Positions 39,546 through 50,996 are shown, counted from the stretch's first letter. The stretch: DNA of 64,000 bases from an uncultured Gemmatimonadales bacterium (GCA_963850905.1 CAWKMU010000003.1:1120001-1184000); one strand, 5' to 3'. Program-made: numbers and translations. The notes: a model not told the origin generated them from the sequence alone.

Positions 39546-41909
39546 TCACTGCGTCCCCAGCAGCACCGTCCCATTGTCCCCGACCACATACACGTTCAAT
39601 GCCGACGTGCCAAAGACCGCGAGGAGATTCCCTGCGCTGGACGGTGTCGGCATGTTGAGCCACGTGCTGCCGTTATAGTGCTGCACGGTGCCGGCGTCGC
39701 CGACAGCGTACGCGTCGGCGGTGTAGCCGGTCGGCGGGGCGTCCGCCCACACGCCACGCAGCGTGCCCGTCGCACCGCTGGTCATGGCGGTCCAGCTGCC
39801 TGAGCCGGTGTAATGCACGATGCTGCCGTTCGTTCCAGCGGCATACACATCCGAGGAAGAGCTGCCGAACACGGCATCCAGGTTCGTGATCCCGGAGGGC
39901 ATCGTCATCGCCGTCCACGACGATCCAGAACCGGGATAGCGGTAGGCCGCACCGGCCGACGTCACCGCAAGCACGTTGCCGGCGCTGCTTCCCCACACGC
40001 CCTGCACAGTTGCATTCGACGGCAGCGACAGGTCCGTCACTGACGCGCCATTGTAATGGCCAACGGTGGCATTGGTCGCACCGCCGTAGACGTTGTTGCT
40101 CGCTGTACCCCACAACGAATACAAGTCCAGGTCGAAGGCGAACGGCGACCAACTGCCGCCCACGTACAGCGCGGCGTCGCCTTGTGAGCCACCGACGTAG
40201 ATCGTGTCCGCCGCGCCCGCGCCAGTCCCCCAGATCGCCGTCATGCTATCACCAGGCGACACATACGCGTTCGTCCAGCTCGTGCCGTTGTAGTGCAGCA
40301 CCGTCCCCAGCGTTGCGAGCCAGACGTCCGTTGCGCTCGAGGCCCAGACGGCGTTGAAGCTCAGCCCACTTTGCGTCGAGACCTGCCATGCGCCGCCGCT
40401 GTACGACAACAGACTGCCCTCGGCGCCGACCGCCCACGGCGTCGTGCTCCCAGCCGCCACCGACGACAGCGAGATACCGGTATTCGGGCCGATGACCGAC
40501 CAGGTCGATCCATTGTAGAGCAGCGTCGTTCCGTTCGCGCCGAGTGCCCATACGTTGGTCCCCGACGTCCCGCCAACGCCATTCAGCCGCGCCGTCGTTC
40601 CGCTCGTCTGGGTCGACCAGGCGGTCCCGTTGAAGTGCAGGATCGTGCCATTTGCGCCAATGGCAAACACGTCGGTCGCGGCGTCGCCCCACACACCACG
40701 GAGTTGGCGCGATGTGCCGCTGGTTTGCTGGACCCACGAGGCCCCGTTGTAGAACAGGATCGTTCCCCCTGCGCCGACCGCCCACACATGCGCGCTGTCG
40801 GTTCCCCACACCGCGCGCAAGTTGTTGTTGACGCCCCCGGGGATCGACATGCTGCTCCACGTCCCTCGCGAATAGCGCAGAATCGTCGGGCCCGCGCCCA
40901 CCGCGAACGCAGTGCCAGCGCTCGCGGCCCACACACCATTGAGGGTGTTGTTGGACGGGGTGTTGACCAGCGTCCACGCGCCCGCGGTGTCGCGAAGGGA
41001 GATGCCGTTGTCGCCGACCACCCACACGGATGGCACCGCGGCGCCGCTCAGCCCGGAGACGGCGCGGAAGCCGCCAGACTTGGGGGGCGTCACCGTGGAC
41101 CACGTCGTGCCATTGTACTCGAGGAGTGATCCGCTCAGACCGACGGCGTAGACGTCGCTGGCCGACCGCATCCACACGCTCGTCAACGAATCGTTCGTCA
41201 GCCCCTGCCACAGCGTGACCCAGCGCCGAATACTGTGTTCGGCCGGAAGCGCGGCGTCCACCTCGACTGAGAAAGTGAAGTTGGTGACGGTGCCGGTAAT
41301 TTTGAGCTGCCAGGTCTTCGGCGCGGTCGTGGCGGCTGGCGCGATCGGCGAGGTGTATTGATAGTAAGGTTGAGGCTGCGACTGCGTGAAGAACCCGGTG
41401 CCGTCCGCGTTGTTCACCGTTACCGTTCCCACGCCCTTGGTGACGGCAGGCAAGGTGTAGAAGAAGACGCGTGTCGCCGTCGAGGTGGGATGCACCCCGT
41501 CGGTCGTCCCGAGCGGCTGGTTGAGGAGGTTCGTCAGCGTGGAATTGAACTGGAAAATGCCGGTGCTCGCTGAATAGCTGAAATTCGAGAGTGCCAGGGT
41601 CACGTCAATGTTCTGCCGCCCGACAATGACGTCAAATGGTGCGACGCGACCGCCTCGTGCGCGCAGCGCGCTGCGCCCGGCAGAGCCGCCAGTAGCGGCG
41701 TTCACGCAGGACACGGACGGCTGGTTCTGTCCCGACAACGTCGCGGTGCAGGCCAGCACGGCGCGCGCGTTCGGAGTCGGTGTCCCGGTCGGCCCTGCAC
41801 CAGTCGGCGGAGTCGCTGGCCCAGTGACGTCCCGCGAATCCGCGCACGCCGCGGCCGCGGTGATGACCCCAGCGAGTATCAGAGCGTGCCACCCGTTGCA
41901 TCGCGTCAT
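39546..41909 (-). CDS. Lipoprotein with ~40-aa beta-propeller repeats
   Basis: Lipobox AAAC; over ten repeats of L.GVWG...DVYAVG..GTILHYNG..W. Confidence 0.85.
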   Translation of the reverse strand: MTRCNGWHALILAGVITAAAACADSRDVTGPATPPTGAGPTGTPTPNARAVLACTATLSGQNQPSVSCVNAATGGSAGRSALRARGGRVAPFDVIVGRQNIDVTLALSNFSYSASTGIFQFNSTLTNLLNQPLGTTDGVHPTSTATRVFFYTLPAVTKGVGTVTVNNADGTGFFTQSQPQPYYQYTSPIAPAATTAPKTWQLKITGTVTNFTFSVEVDAALPAEHSIRRWVTLWQGLTNDSLTSVWMRSASDVYAVGLSGSLLEYNGTTWSTVTPPKSGGFRAVSGLSGAAVPSVWVVGDNGISLRDTAGAWTLVNTPSNNTLNGVWAASAGTAFAVGAGPTILRYSRGTWSSMSIPGGVNNNLRAVWGTDSAHVWAVGAGGTILFYNGASWVQQTSGTSRQLRGVWGDAATDVFAIGANGTILHFNGTAWSTQTSGTTARLNGVGGTSGTNVWALGANGTTLLYNGSTWSVIGPNTGISLSSVAAGSTTPWAVGAEGSLLSYSGGAWQVSTQSGLSFNAVWASSATDVWLATLGTVLHYNGTSWTNAYVSPGDSMTAIWGTGAGAADTIYVGGSQGDAALYVGGSWSPFAFDLDLYSLWGTASNNVYGGATNATVGHYNGASVTDLSLPSNATVQGVWGSSAGNVLAVTSAGAAYRYPGSGSSWTAMTMPSGITNLDAVFGSSSSDVYAAGTNGSIVHYTGSGSWTAMTSGATGTLRGVWADAPPTGYTADAYAVGDAGTVQHYNGSTWLNMPTPSSAGNLLAVFGTSALNVYVVGDNGTVLLGTQ

Positions 41910-42193
41910 GAGGACCTATCAATGCACCGAGCACGCGAGCGTGTTCGACGCTGGAAATCAGTGAGTACGTCGCGGCAGGGCAAACACCCGCACCGAGCGC
42001 TTCTAATGTGGGGACTGGTGGGGGATACCCCACGTGACAGCGCTCACGGAGCGGTAGACACCTTTTCCCGCTAGGGCGTCACGGTGTGACGATCCAACCA
42101 GGCACGAAACAGGACGCGCACTGACGCGCGCGTCGGAAAGAGGCGGCCCCGAAGGTCTCGTCTACCGGTCGGTCGAACGAGCGTCGGGTGTTT

Positions 42194-42796
42194 TCAGCGC
42201 CTGCTCGGATGTTTGACTGCGCTGCGTTTCCGCGGCCGCTTCACTGGGCGCGTCCGGGCGGCCGCCTGGCTAATGGGGTCCATGAAGAACATGCCGGGCG
42301 GGCCTCCAGTGACCCGCATCTGTCGAACCACCAACCCCAGCGTGCGGGCGAGCCGCCGACACTCAGACGCGGGCAGCGCGCGGAGCGAGGCGATCAGTCG
42401 TGACTGTGCTGGCGGCGGGGCTCTCCGCAGGGCCGCGCGTCCGGCTGGCGTCAGCGAGAGCTCCACTTGGCGAGCATCGGTCTCGGAACGGGTGCGCGCA
42501 ACAAGCCCGCGCGACACGAGACGGTCCACCACGACGGACACCGTGCTCTGATGTGTGAAGGTCCGGTTCGCGAGATCGTTCAACGAGTGCGCGGGCGCTT
42601 CTCGCAACTGCTGCAGGACGAAGAGTTGCGCTCCGGTCACGCCAGCCGACCGCTCGGCGGTGCGCGCCGAGATGCCGAGCGCGCGCACGATACGCCGGAG
42701 GGCGTCGAGCGCCATGACCGCCGGTTCGGAATGGTCGGAGCTCGGCGCCTGGGGTCGCGTGCGCTCGGTGACGGTGCGAGAGGGCGAGACGGGCAT
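42194..42796 (-). CDS. MarR-family regulator
   Basis: GVTGAQLFVL, STVSVVVDRL..RGLV.R...DARQV.L.LT. Confidence 0.92.
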   Translation of the reverse strand: MPVSPSRTVTERTRPQAPSSDHSEPAVMALDALRRIVRALGISARTAERSAGVTGAQLFVLQQLREAPAHSLNDLANRTFTHQSTVSVVVDRLVSRGLVARTRSETDARQVELSLTPAGRAALRRAPPPAQSRLIASLRALPASECRRLARTLGLVVRQMRVTGGPPGMFFMDPISQAAARTRPVKRPRKRSAVKHPSRR

Positions 42797-42812
42797 GAGG
42801 GGCGGGCGAGGG

Positions 42813-44670
42813 TTAGCGGGCCGCAGTCGACTCGCGTGTCTTGCGGGTAGGCCACAGAATGCTGTGCTACATCGCGCTGCGCGGCAAGTCGCCGCGCGTG
42901 GACACTCAGCACATCGCTCCGCGAGATGATCCCCACTATGTGGCGCGGAGCTGCCCGTGAGACCACCGGCAATCGGCCCACGCCCTCGTGCACCATCTGG
43001 TCAACCGCGTCGCGTATGGTGTTGTCTTCGTAGACGACGACTGGGGCCCGTGCAATGAGATCCCGCACAATGGCCGTCATCGGCAGCTCGAGGTCGAGGA
43101 GGTCGCGCCGCGTCACTACCCCGATCAGCACACCGGCGTCATTCACGACCGGATAGCCCTGATGCTCGGAGCCGGGTTCGCGCGCCACGATCCAATCTCG
43201 CACCTCCTCAATGGCCTGGCTATCACGCAGCGTGACGGGGGTGCGGGATGCGACATCGCCAACGCGGACTTGTGACAGGATGTCCGCCTCGTACTCGGAG
43301 GGGATGCGTGTCCCGCGGCGCGCGAGCTTCTCGGTCATGATGGACGACGACATGAGCCGGAGGGAGATGAGGTAGGCTGCGCTGCAGCCAGCCAGCAGCG
43401 GCAGAAGGCCCATTGGCTGGTGCGTCGTCTCGAAGGCGAAGACGACGGATGCCAGCAGCGCATGTGACGCGCCGGCAAAGATCGCCGCCATCCCGACCAA
43501 CGCGGCGATCCGGGGATCGATGTGCAGCCCCGGTGCGATGCGCGCCGCGAGCGTGCCCAACACCGCACCGAGCCCACCGCCGATCGTGAAGAGTGGTGCC
43601 AGCGTACCGCCGGAGGTGCCGCTCGCAAGCGAGATGACCCACGAGATGAACTTGAAGATGACGAGAGTCACTAGCGCGCGGCCGGCCAAGGTGCCGGCCA
43701 GGGTTTCGTCGATATTCCCGTAACCAACGCCCAACGTCGCGGGCGCAATCCATCCAACCACCCCGACCGCGATAGCGCCGATCGCGGGCCACCACATCCA
43801 GTGCACGGGGAGACGCTCGAACCGGTCCTCCATGGCATACAGCGCCCGCGTGATCCAGACCGCCACGAGACCGACCAGGGCCCCGAGGACGACGTAACTC
43901 GCGAGCGCCGAGGCGGTGGGCGGACCGACGATCGGCATCGGGAAGATCGGACCCGTCCCTATGATTGCCATCCGCACCGCGGCGGCGGCGGCGGCGGCGA
44001 GCGACACCGGAATCAGCGACCGGGCCCGGTATTCGAAGAGCAGAAGCTCGACGGCAAGGAGGACTGCGGAGACCGGCGTGCCAAACGTGGCGGCCATGCC
44101 CGCGGCCGCCCCGGCCGCGAGGAGAATCTTGCGCTCATCGGCGGTGGTCTTCAGCAGCTGTCCGACGACGGAACCCAGGGCACCGCCGGTGGCGATGATT
44201 GGCCCCTCGGCGCCAAATGGGCCGCCGGTTCCGATGGCGATGGCTGCAGATAACGGCTTCAGAAAGGTGACACGCGGTGGAATGCGGCTGCCATTGAGCA
44301 GCACTTGCTCCATGGCCTCCGGGATGCCGTGTCCGCGAATGGCCGGAGAGCCGTAGCGGGCCATGAGCCCGACGATCAGCCCACCGATCACCGGAATGAT
44401 GATGACCACCGGGCCCAGTTTATTGCCGGCGGGACTCGTGAACGCGTCAGACACCCGACCGTAAAACGCGATATTCGTGATGAGGCCGATGAGGGCGATC
44501 AGGATGCGGGCGGCAGCGGCAGCGAGCACGGCCGTAACTATTGCAAGTCCCGACAATAGGAACACACGGTGAGTGCGAGCGTCGTTGAGCGGCGGCTGCA
44601 CCGTGGCGAGGACGACGTCCATCGACGGCGCGACGGGGATCGGCCCGTCGGCCGGAACATTGGTACCCAT
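42813..44670 (-). CDS. ClC chloride channel/transporter with tandem CBS domains; 3' end uncertain
   Basis: GHGIPE, GAEGP, GGTLAP motifs and CBS pair; ORF track runs to 42637 into marR, whereas a one-base shift near 42870 gives a stop at 42813. Confidence 0.9.
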
Positions 44671-44760
44671 GTGGCTTAGTTTAACATGCGCGGGCTGCGA
44701 ACGGCTGTTGGCCGTTCGGCCCGCAACCCCCGACGCGATGGAGCGGGTTCGTTCGGCGGG

Positions 44761-45777
44761 CTAGCCCAACACGTCGGCTACTGGCCTGCGCGGCGGCCCA
44801 TCCGGTGGGTGGGCGAACCCCAGGCCGAGAAGGACATGGGCCTCGCCCGCGCGGCCAGCCACCGCTCGGACCCATGGGCGCAACTCCGCCAGCCGGAGCG
44901 GTTGGTTCGCGTACGTTGCAAATACGCCGTGCGACGCTGCACACAGCAACACGTGCTCGAGAGCCTCTCCTGCGGTGACCCATGCGCTCACATCGTCGCA
45001 TTCCGTCCCCAGGACGGCAACGACCGGCGCGTCCCGAAGGGCATGCCCGGCTCGCCGCGCCTCGCCGACCGCGATCACGTGGGCGAATCGGTCCGCGTCG
45101 TCGTTGTTCTTGCCCGGGCCCACAGGCGCGTCAAGGCCATCCTCACTCCACAGATGGCCCGCGGCCGCTTCGTACTTCTCACCCGCCTCGAAAACCAGAT
45201 CGGCGAGGGCGCACTGGTCGGTCGGCGATGTCACGATATGGAGCCAGGCGCCACACGCTCTGGCCGCCGCGGTCAGATCCTGCACGACGGCTATCGGCAC
45301 GGGGCGACGCTCAAAGGCATCCCGCCGGGCCCGAACGGTGTGTCGGTACGGGATCGCGTGAAAGAGCCTGCGATTGTAGTCGGATTCGGGAACTGCGGGT
45401 CCCGCCTCGATATGCGCAATCCGACGCGGGTCGGCAGGATCTGGACAGACCCGCACGACGTCCCGGTATCCAAAGTGTCGAAGCGCGACCCGGGCGTTGA
45501 ACAGCGCGGCACCGCACGCGATCACCGGTTCGCGTTGCGCGGCGTCCCCGATTGGACTACCGCGGGACGTGTCAACACAGATGTCGAGCCCACGCGCCGT
45601 CGCCCGAAATTCCCACGGTTGTGCGTTGTATGAAGATGGCGCGAGGGCACCATACGCAGCGAGCAGTGGTAGCACGCCGCTCGGCGGCTGCGATGCGGCG
45701 GAGGTTGCAGCCTCTGCGGCTGAGGAGAACTGGCGCATGGTGTTGAGGAGCTCGCGAATCGGCGACGGCATAGGCAA
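44761..45777 (-). CDS. Acg-family nitroreductase-like FMN-binding protein
   Basis: LAPSSYNAQPW, IACGAALFN, AGEALEHVLL, PRRPV. Confidence 0.85.
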   Translation of the reverse strand: MPMPSPIRELLNTMRQFSSAAEAATSAASQPPSGVLPLLAAYGALAPSSYNAQPWEFRATARGLDICVDTSRGSPIGDAAQREPVIACGAALFNARVALRHFGYRDVVRVCPDPADPRRIAHIEAGPAVPESDYNRRLFHAIPYRHTVRARRDAFERRPVPIAVVQDLTAAARACGAWLHIVTSPTDQCALADLVFEAGEKYEAAAGHLWSEDGLDAPVGPGKNNDDADRFAHVIAVGEARRAGHALRDAPVVAVLGTECDDVSAWVTAGEALEHVLLCAASHGVFATYANQPLRLAELRPWVRAVAGRAGEAHVLLGLGFAHPPDGPPRRPVADVLG

Positions 45778-46068
45778 CGCAGCGGCGTTGAGCGGTGGGG
45801 TGAGTCGTTACGAGGAACCGACACATGTAGTATGGCGGCCGCGTAAATCGATCGCCGCCGCCCACAAAGGTTGATACGACCGGAACGCGCCATTTGTTGT
45901 CGATAGGGGTCGGGACAGGGCGAGCCCGGCAGTGAGACAGGCGCTCGTGTTCGGTTGACTTTCGGGTTTTCTTCGGCTAGCCTGGGAATCGCGTCTGGAG
46001 CGTCTCCTTTCTCCTCACTCCTTTCTACGGCCGCCTTGCGGCCATCCGGGGGCCGCGTGCAACGGACC

Positions 46069-47364
46069 ATGGGACTGGAAGCCAAGATCGACTTGCTCAT
46101 GGCGCTCGCGGTGGACGACCAGGATGGCGTCCCGACTGGCAAGCGCCCCCCGGGCAGCAACCCGGGCACACAGGAGCTACCGCCGCGCCTCCGCCACGCG
46201 CACGAGGTCGGGGCGCTCCGACCACTCAACATTCGCCAGGTGCGGCCAGGTAACGGTCCGCGCACGTCGCTCCTGCGCATCCTCATGACCAACGCGTGCA
46301 GCTTCAACTGTTACTACTGTCCGATGCGTCGGGACCGAGAACTGCCCAGGACGCTGCTCAAGCCCGAAGAGCTCGTGCGCATTTTCCTCGGCGCGCACCA
46401 ACGCGGGTGGTGTCAGGGTCTGTTCATCACGACCGGCATCCCGGGCCGGCCAGTCAAGGTCATGGACGACCTGATACACGTGCTCGAGGCCTTACGGGTG
46501 CGGCATCGGTTTGGCGGCTATATCCACGTGAAGATGGTGCCGGGCGCTGAGGCGGCCCAGATCGAGCGGCTCACGACGCTGGCGACACGGGTGTCGCTCA
46601 ATCTCGAAGCGCCGTGCGGCTCGAGTCTGGCGCAGATCGCGCCCGACAAGAACTACGAGACCGCACTGGTGTCGCTCGAACGCGCCCGCGGGTATGTGAA
46701 CCAGCAGCGTGCGGAGGAACGTGCGGGCCGACCGAGAGACCGACTGCGCCCGGGTGGCACCGCCGGCATGACGATGCAATTCGTGGTGGGCGCGACGGGA
46801 GACACGGACCGCACGATCCTCGACTCGGTCACTGCTCTGTACAAGGGCGGGGGGATCCATCACTCGCAGTTCAGCGCATTCCGACCGATCCGAAACACGC
46901 CGCTCGAGGATGCCCAAGCGGCGCCAGCACTTCGCGAGCACCGCCTCTACCAAGCCGACCACCTCGTCCGACAGTACGGCTTCGGGGCGCAGGAGATGCC
47001 CTACGACGCCGGCGGCAACCTGCCGCTCGCGCTGGATCCGAAGTGCGCCTGGGCGCTCGCCCATCCGGAGCTCTTTCCTGTCGAGGTCCGCACTGCATCG
47101 GTTCAGGAGCTCGTGCGAGTGCCCGGGATCGGACCCGCAGGCGCCAAGCGATTGGTGGCCGAACGCCGCGCGACCGCGATCCGTGGCCTCGGTGACCTCC
47201 GCAAGTTGGGCGTCCTGACCAATCGGGCCGCCGGGTTTCTCAGTCTCGCTGGCCGCCGTTTGCAGACAACTCGGTGGACAGAACAGTTGGGCTTCTGGCA
47301 GGAGAGCGAGGAAGCGGGGCGATATCACATGGTGTACGACGTCAGCCCCGGGACGTTCAGGTGA
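46069..47364 (+). CDS. Putative DNA modification/repair radical SAM protein with HhH motif (TIGR03916-like)
   Basis: CSFNCYYC, REHRLYQAD, LDPK..WAL.HPE.FP, VPGIG HhH. Confidence 0.88.
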   Translation: MGLEAKIDLLMALAVDDQDGVPTGKRPPGSNPGTQELPPRLRHAHEVGALRPLNIRQVRPGNGPRTSLLRILMTNACSFNCYYCPMRRDRELPRTLLKPEELVRIFLGAHQRGWCQGLFITTGIPGRPVKVMDDLIHVLEALRVRHRFGGYIHVKMVPGAEAAQIERLTTLATRVSLNLEAPCGSSLAQIAPDKNYETALVSLERARGYVNQQRAEERAGRPRDRLRPGGTAGMTMQFVVGATGDTDRTILDSVTALYKGGGIHHSQFSAFRPIRNTPLEDAQAAPALREHRLYQADHLVRQYGFGAQEMPYDAGGNLPLALDPKCAWALAHPELFPVEVRTASVQELVRVPGIGPAGAKRLVAERRATAIRGLGDLRKLGVLTNRAAGFLSLAGRRLQTTRWTEQLGFWQESEEAGRYHMVYDVSPGTFR

Positions 47365-47431
47365 AGGGCTGAAGGTCAGGTGTGCCCGAAGTGCAAATCA
47401 AGGGTTAGGAGAACGACCACGATATTCGACA

Positions 47432-47573
47432 CCGGCGGGTAGGGGCGACGCAATGCGTCGCCCTGGGGTGCGGCGATGCGACCATGATTCGGTGGTGCGC
47501 CGAACCCAACGCGCGGCACTGTGGACGATTCGGCCAACGGCGGGCGACGCATTGCGTCGCCCCTACCCGCCGG
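47432..47573. repeat. Inverted GTAG-type REP pair (second REP family)
   Basis: GTAGGGGCGACGCAATGCGTCGCCC and its exact reverse complement. Confidence 0.88.
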
Positions 47574-47669
47574 GTATCAAGCGCCGTGGTCGTTCCACTA
47601 ACCCATGGCGCCGCCGTTCAGGTTAGGCGCACGGGATAGGTTTCAAGCAGACAACTCCGGAGATCCGTC

Positions 47670-49562
47670 ATGGCCACCGCTGTCGAGACGCCGACGGGCA
47701 AGGCTGGCGCACCCGCGTCCGAGCGCGAAGCGCGCGACGTCGCCGAGGCCGCGCGCGAGACCGAGTGGGCGCACCCGAGCTTTGTCCGAGAGCTGTTTCT
47801 GGGCCGCTTTCGGTTGGACTTGATCCATCCGCATCCGCGACCTGACCCCGAGGCGATGGCACGCGCCGAGCCGTTCATGGTGAAGCTGCGAGCATTGGTC
47901 GAGCGGATCGATTCTGACGAGATCGACCGCACTGGCCAGATCTCGGAGGCGATCGTGGACGAGCTCCGCGCCATGGGCGCGTTCGGCATCAAGATCCCGC
48001 GTGAGTTTGGCGGTCTCGGGTTGTCGCCGCTCGCATACGTGCGTGCGATGGAGTTGGTGACATTGAAGGATGGCTCCCTCACCGCGCTGCTCTCCGCGTC
48101 GCAGTCGATCGGTGTGCCGCAGCCACTCGCGCTCTTCGGGACCGAGGAGCAAAAGCGCCGGTTCTTCCCGCGCCTCGCCAAGGGTGCGATCTCGGCGTTC
48201 GCGTTGACGGAGGTCGATGCCGGCTCCGATCCGGCGAACATGACCACAGCCGCCACCCCGTCAGACGACGGATCACATTTTGTGTTGAACGGCGAGAAGC
48301 TGTGGTGCACGAATGGTACGCGGGCCGAGCTGTTCGTCGTCATGGCGCGCACGCCGGACGTCATCGTCAAAGGGCGTCCTCGAAAGCAGATCACGGCGTT
48401 CATTGTGGAGCGCGACATGCCGGGCGTCGAGGTCGTCCAACGCCTGCGGTTCATGGGACTCAAGGCGATCGAGAACGGGCTCATTCGCTTCACCAACGTG
48501 CGCGTGCCGCGTGAGAACATTCTGTGGGGCGAAGGGAAGGGGTTGAAGCTCGCGCTTACCACGCTCAATACGGGCCGATTGACACTCCCGGCTGGCTGCG
48601 CTGGCGTCGGCAAAGCCATGCTCAAGGTTGCGCGCACGTGGGCGGTCGAGCGCGTGCAATGGGGCCAACCCATTGGACGACACGAGGCCGTCGGCCACAA
48701 GCTCGCGTCGATGGCGGCCACGACGTTCGCGATGGAGGCGGTCGCTGAGCTCTCGACCTTGTTGTACGAGCGCGGCGGATACGACATCCGACTGGAGGCC
48801 GCGGTCGCAAAGCTGTACAACACGGAAGCCGGATGGCGCATCGTCGACGACACGCTGCAGATTCGCGGCGGGCGCGGCTACGAAACGGCGGAGTCGCTCG
48901 AACGTCGGGGTGAGCCAGGCATCCCGGTGGAGCGCGCGATGCGCGATTTTCGCATCAACCTGATCTTCGAAGGCTCCTCGGAGATCATGCGCCTCTTCAT
49001 CGCGCGCGAGGCCGTCGACTACCACATGCGCACCGCGTTCGCGCTCGTCGAACCCGGCGCTTCGGTCGGCGAGCGCCTACGCGCACTCGGCCGCGTGGTG
49101 CGCTTCTATCCGGCGTGGTATGCCACGCGATGGGTCGGCCGCGGACAACTTCCAGCGTTCGGGGAATTTGGTCGGCTCGCCCGCCATTTGCGGTTCGCCG
49201 AGCGCGCGACCCGTCGCCTCGCCCGTTCGATCGTGCATGCGATGGTGCGGTTCGGACCGAAGCTCGAACGCCGGCAGATGGTGCTCTTCCGCGCGGTCGA
49301 TATCGGCGCGGAGCTGTTCGCGATGTCGGCGGCGTGCGTGCGGGCGCAGATGCTGGCTGGTGAGGGACAGCGGGAAGCGGTGACGCTGGCCGACGCCTTT
49401 TGCCGCCAGGCCCGCCGCCGCATCCGTCGCCACTTCGCCGATTTCTTCAACCCGACCGACGCTCCGATGTCACGACTCGCGCGGCAAGTGTTGGACGGAC
49501 GGCACGCGTGGCTGGAGCAGGGGATCGTCGGAATAAGCCCGGAGAAGCCGGGTAACGGGTAA
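47670..49562 (+). CDS. Acyl-CoA dehydrogenase (long form)
   Basis: [32 protein letters not shown]. Confidence 0.95.
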   Translation: MATAVETPTGKAGAPASEREARDVAEAARETEWAHPSFVRELFLGRFRLDLIHPHPRPDPEAMARAEPFMVKLRALVERIDSDEIDRTGQISEAIVDELRAMGAFGIKIPREFGGLGLSPLAYVRAMELVTLKDGSLTALLSASQSIGVPQPLALFGTEEQKRRFFPRLAKGAISAFALTEVDAGSDPANMTTAATPSDDGSHFVLNGEKLWCTNGTRAELFVVMARTPDVIVKGRPRKQITAFIVERDMPGVEVVQRLRFMGLKAIENGLIRFTNVRVPRENILWGEGKGLKLALTTLNTGRLTLPAGCAGVGKAMLKVARTWAVERVQWGQPIGRHEAVGHKLASMAATTFAMEAVAELSTLLYERGGYDIRLEAAVAKLYNTEAGWRIVDDTLQIRGGRGYETAESLERRGEPGIPVERAMRDFRINLIFEGSSEIMRLFIAREAVDYHMRTAFALVEPGASVGERLRALGRVVRFYPAWYATRWVGRGQLPAFGEFGRLARHLRFAERATRRLARSIVHAMVRFGPKLERRQMVLFRAVDIGAELFAMSAACVRAQMLAGEGQREAVTLADAFCRQARRRIRRHFADFFNPTDAPMSRLARQVLDGRHAWLEQGIVGISPEKPGNG

Positions 49563-49783
49563 CGGGTAACGGGTCACGACAACAATCGCGACGACAACGC
49601 TGGGCGGCCTGAAGGCCGCCCCTACATGTCGGCGTGGGCGGTGACGCGTCGGAGTGCCGCGGCGACGTTTGTCGGTTGGTCGACAAATCCGGATTTGACG
49701 CCGCCCGCAGCAACATGTAGGGGCGGGCTTCAGCCCGCCCGGTGTTTGCGGTGGACGTTGTGTTACCCGTCACCTGTTACCCG
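49549..49783. repeat. (GGGTAAC)n / (GTTACCC)n arms enclosing a 139-bp GTAG REP doublet (49602-49740)
   Basis: Read directly; between convergent genes. Confidence 0.88.
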
Positions 49784-49788
49784 GCCTC

Positions 49789-50947
49789 TTACACCATCGC
49801 CGGCAATTTCGCCAGCCGCTCCGCTGCCGCTTCCAGCGTTTCCAGTTTCTTGCAGAAGGCGAAGCGGACGTAGGGGCAGCGCTCGCTGCGGTCGTGATAG
49901 AAGCTCGATCCGGGGACGGTCGCGATGCCGCCCTCGCGGGCGAGCCAGAGCGCGAATTCCGTGTCTGGCGCGTCGCTCAATTCGCTGAAGTCGGTGAGGA
50001 AGAAGTAGGCACCTTCGGGGATCGTGAACCGAAAGCCGGCTTCGCTCAACGCTTGCGAGAGGAGATCGCGCCGCACGCGGTAGTCGCGCGAGAGGTGGTT
50101 GAAGTACTCCGCGTCGAAGGCGAATCCGACAGCCGCTGCGGCTTGCAGCGGTGCCGGCGCCCCGACGGTGAGAAAATCGTGCACCTTCCGGATCGCGTTC
50201 GTGGTCTCGGGCGGCGCAATCGCGTAGCCCAGGCGCCACCCCGTGCACGTGAATGTCTTGGACAGGCTCGAGATCGTTACGGTGCGCTCACGCATCCCCG
50301 GCCACGTGGCGATCGGGTGATGCCGACCCGCGTACGTGATGTACTCGTACGGATCATCCGTGAACACCGCGATATCGCGCTCGACGCACAGCGCTGCGAG
50401 CTCCGCCGATCTCTTCGCGTGAGAAGACGCGCCCCGTCGGGTTGTGGGGCGAGTTCAGGATCACCGCTCGCGTCCGCGGCGTCACGGCCTGCCGAATGCG
50501 TTCGACGTCCAGTCGCCAGGCGGGTGGGTCCAGCGGGACGAAGACGGGGTGAGCCCCCGCCAGGATCCCATCCGGTCCATAGTTCTCGTAGAACGGCTCC
50601 GGAATGATGACTTCGTCGCCCGGATTGATGAGCGCGAGAAACGTGGAGGCCATGGCCTCGGTCGCGCCACACGTCACCGTGACCTCCCGCTCCGGGTCGA
50701 CCTCCAGATCGTACATGCGTCGATACTTCTCCGCGATCGCGAGACGCAACGCTGGATTGCCCCACGTAATCGCGTACTGGTTGATGTCGCCACGCACGGC
50801 CGCGCACGCGGCGTCCTTCATCGGGTCCGGCATCGGGAAGTCTGGAAATCCCTGCGCGAGGTTGATCGCCCCGTAGCTACGGGCGACGCGCGTCATCTCG
50901 CGGATCACGGACTCGGTGAACGTGTTGGTGCGTTGGGCGCTGTGCAT
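49789..50947 (-). CDS. PLP-dependent class I/II aminotransferase, frameshift near 50400
   Basis: INLAQGFPD, NSPHNPTG, SLSKTF..TGWRLG, VRFAFCK split over two frames. Confidence 0.9.
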
Positions 50948-50996
50948 GTGTACGATCCGGGTGAGAAACCTTGGTAGCGGACGGCGCGCAAAGGGC

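Noticed and set aside
44671..44760. Fluoride riboswitch upstream of ClC
   Set aside because: Consensus absent, and the protein lacks CLC-F signature motifs
47380..47442. Micro-ORF MCPKCKSR..
   Set aside because: Only 20 codons, a single CxxC, ends inside a REP
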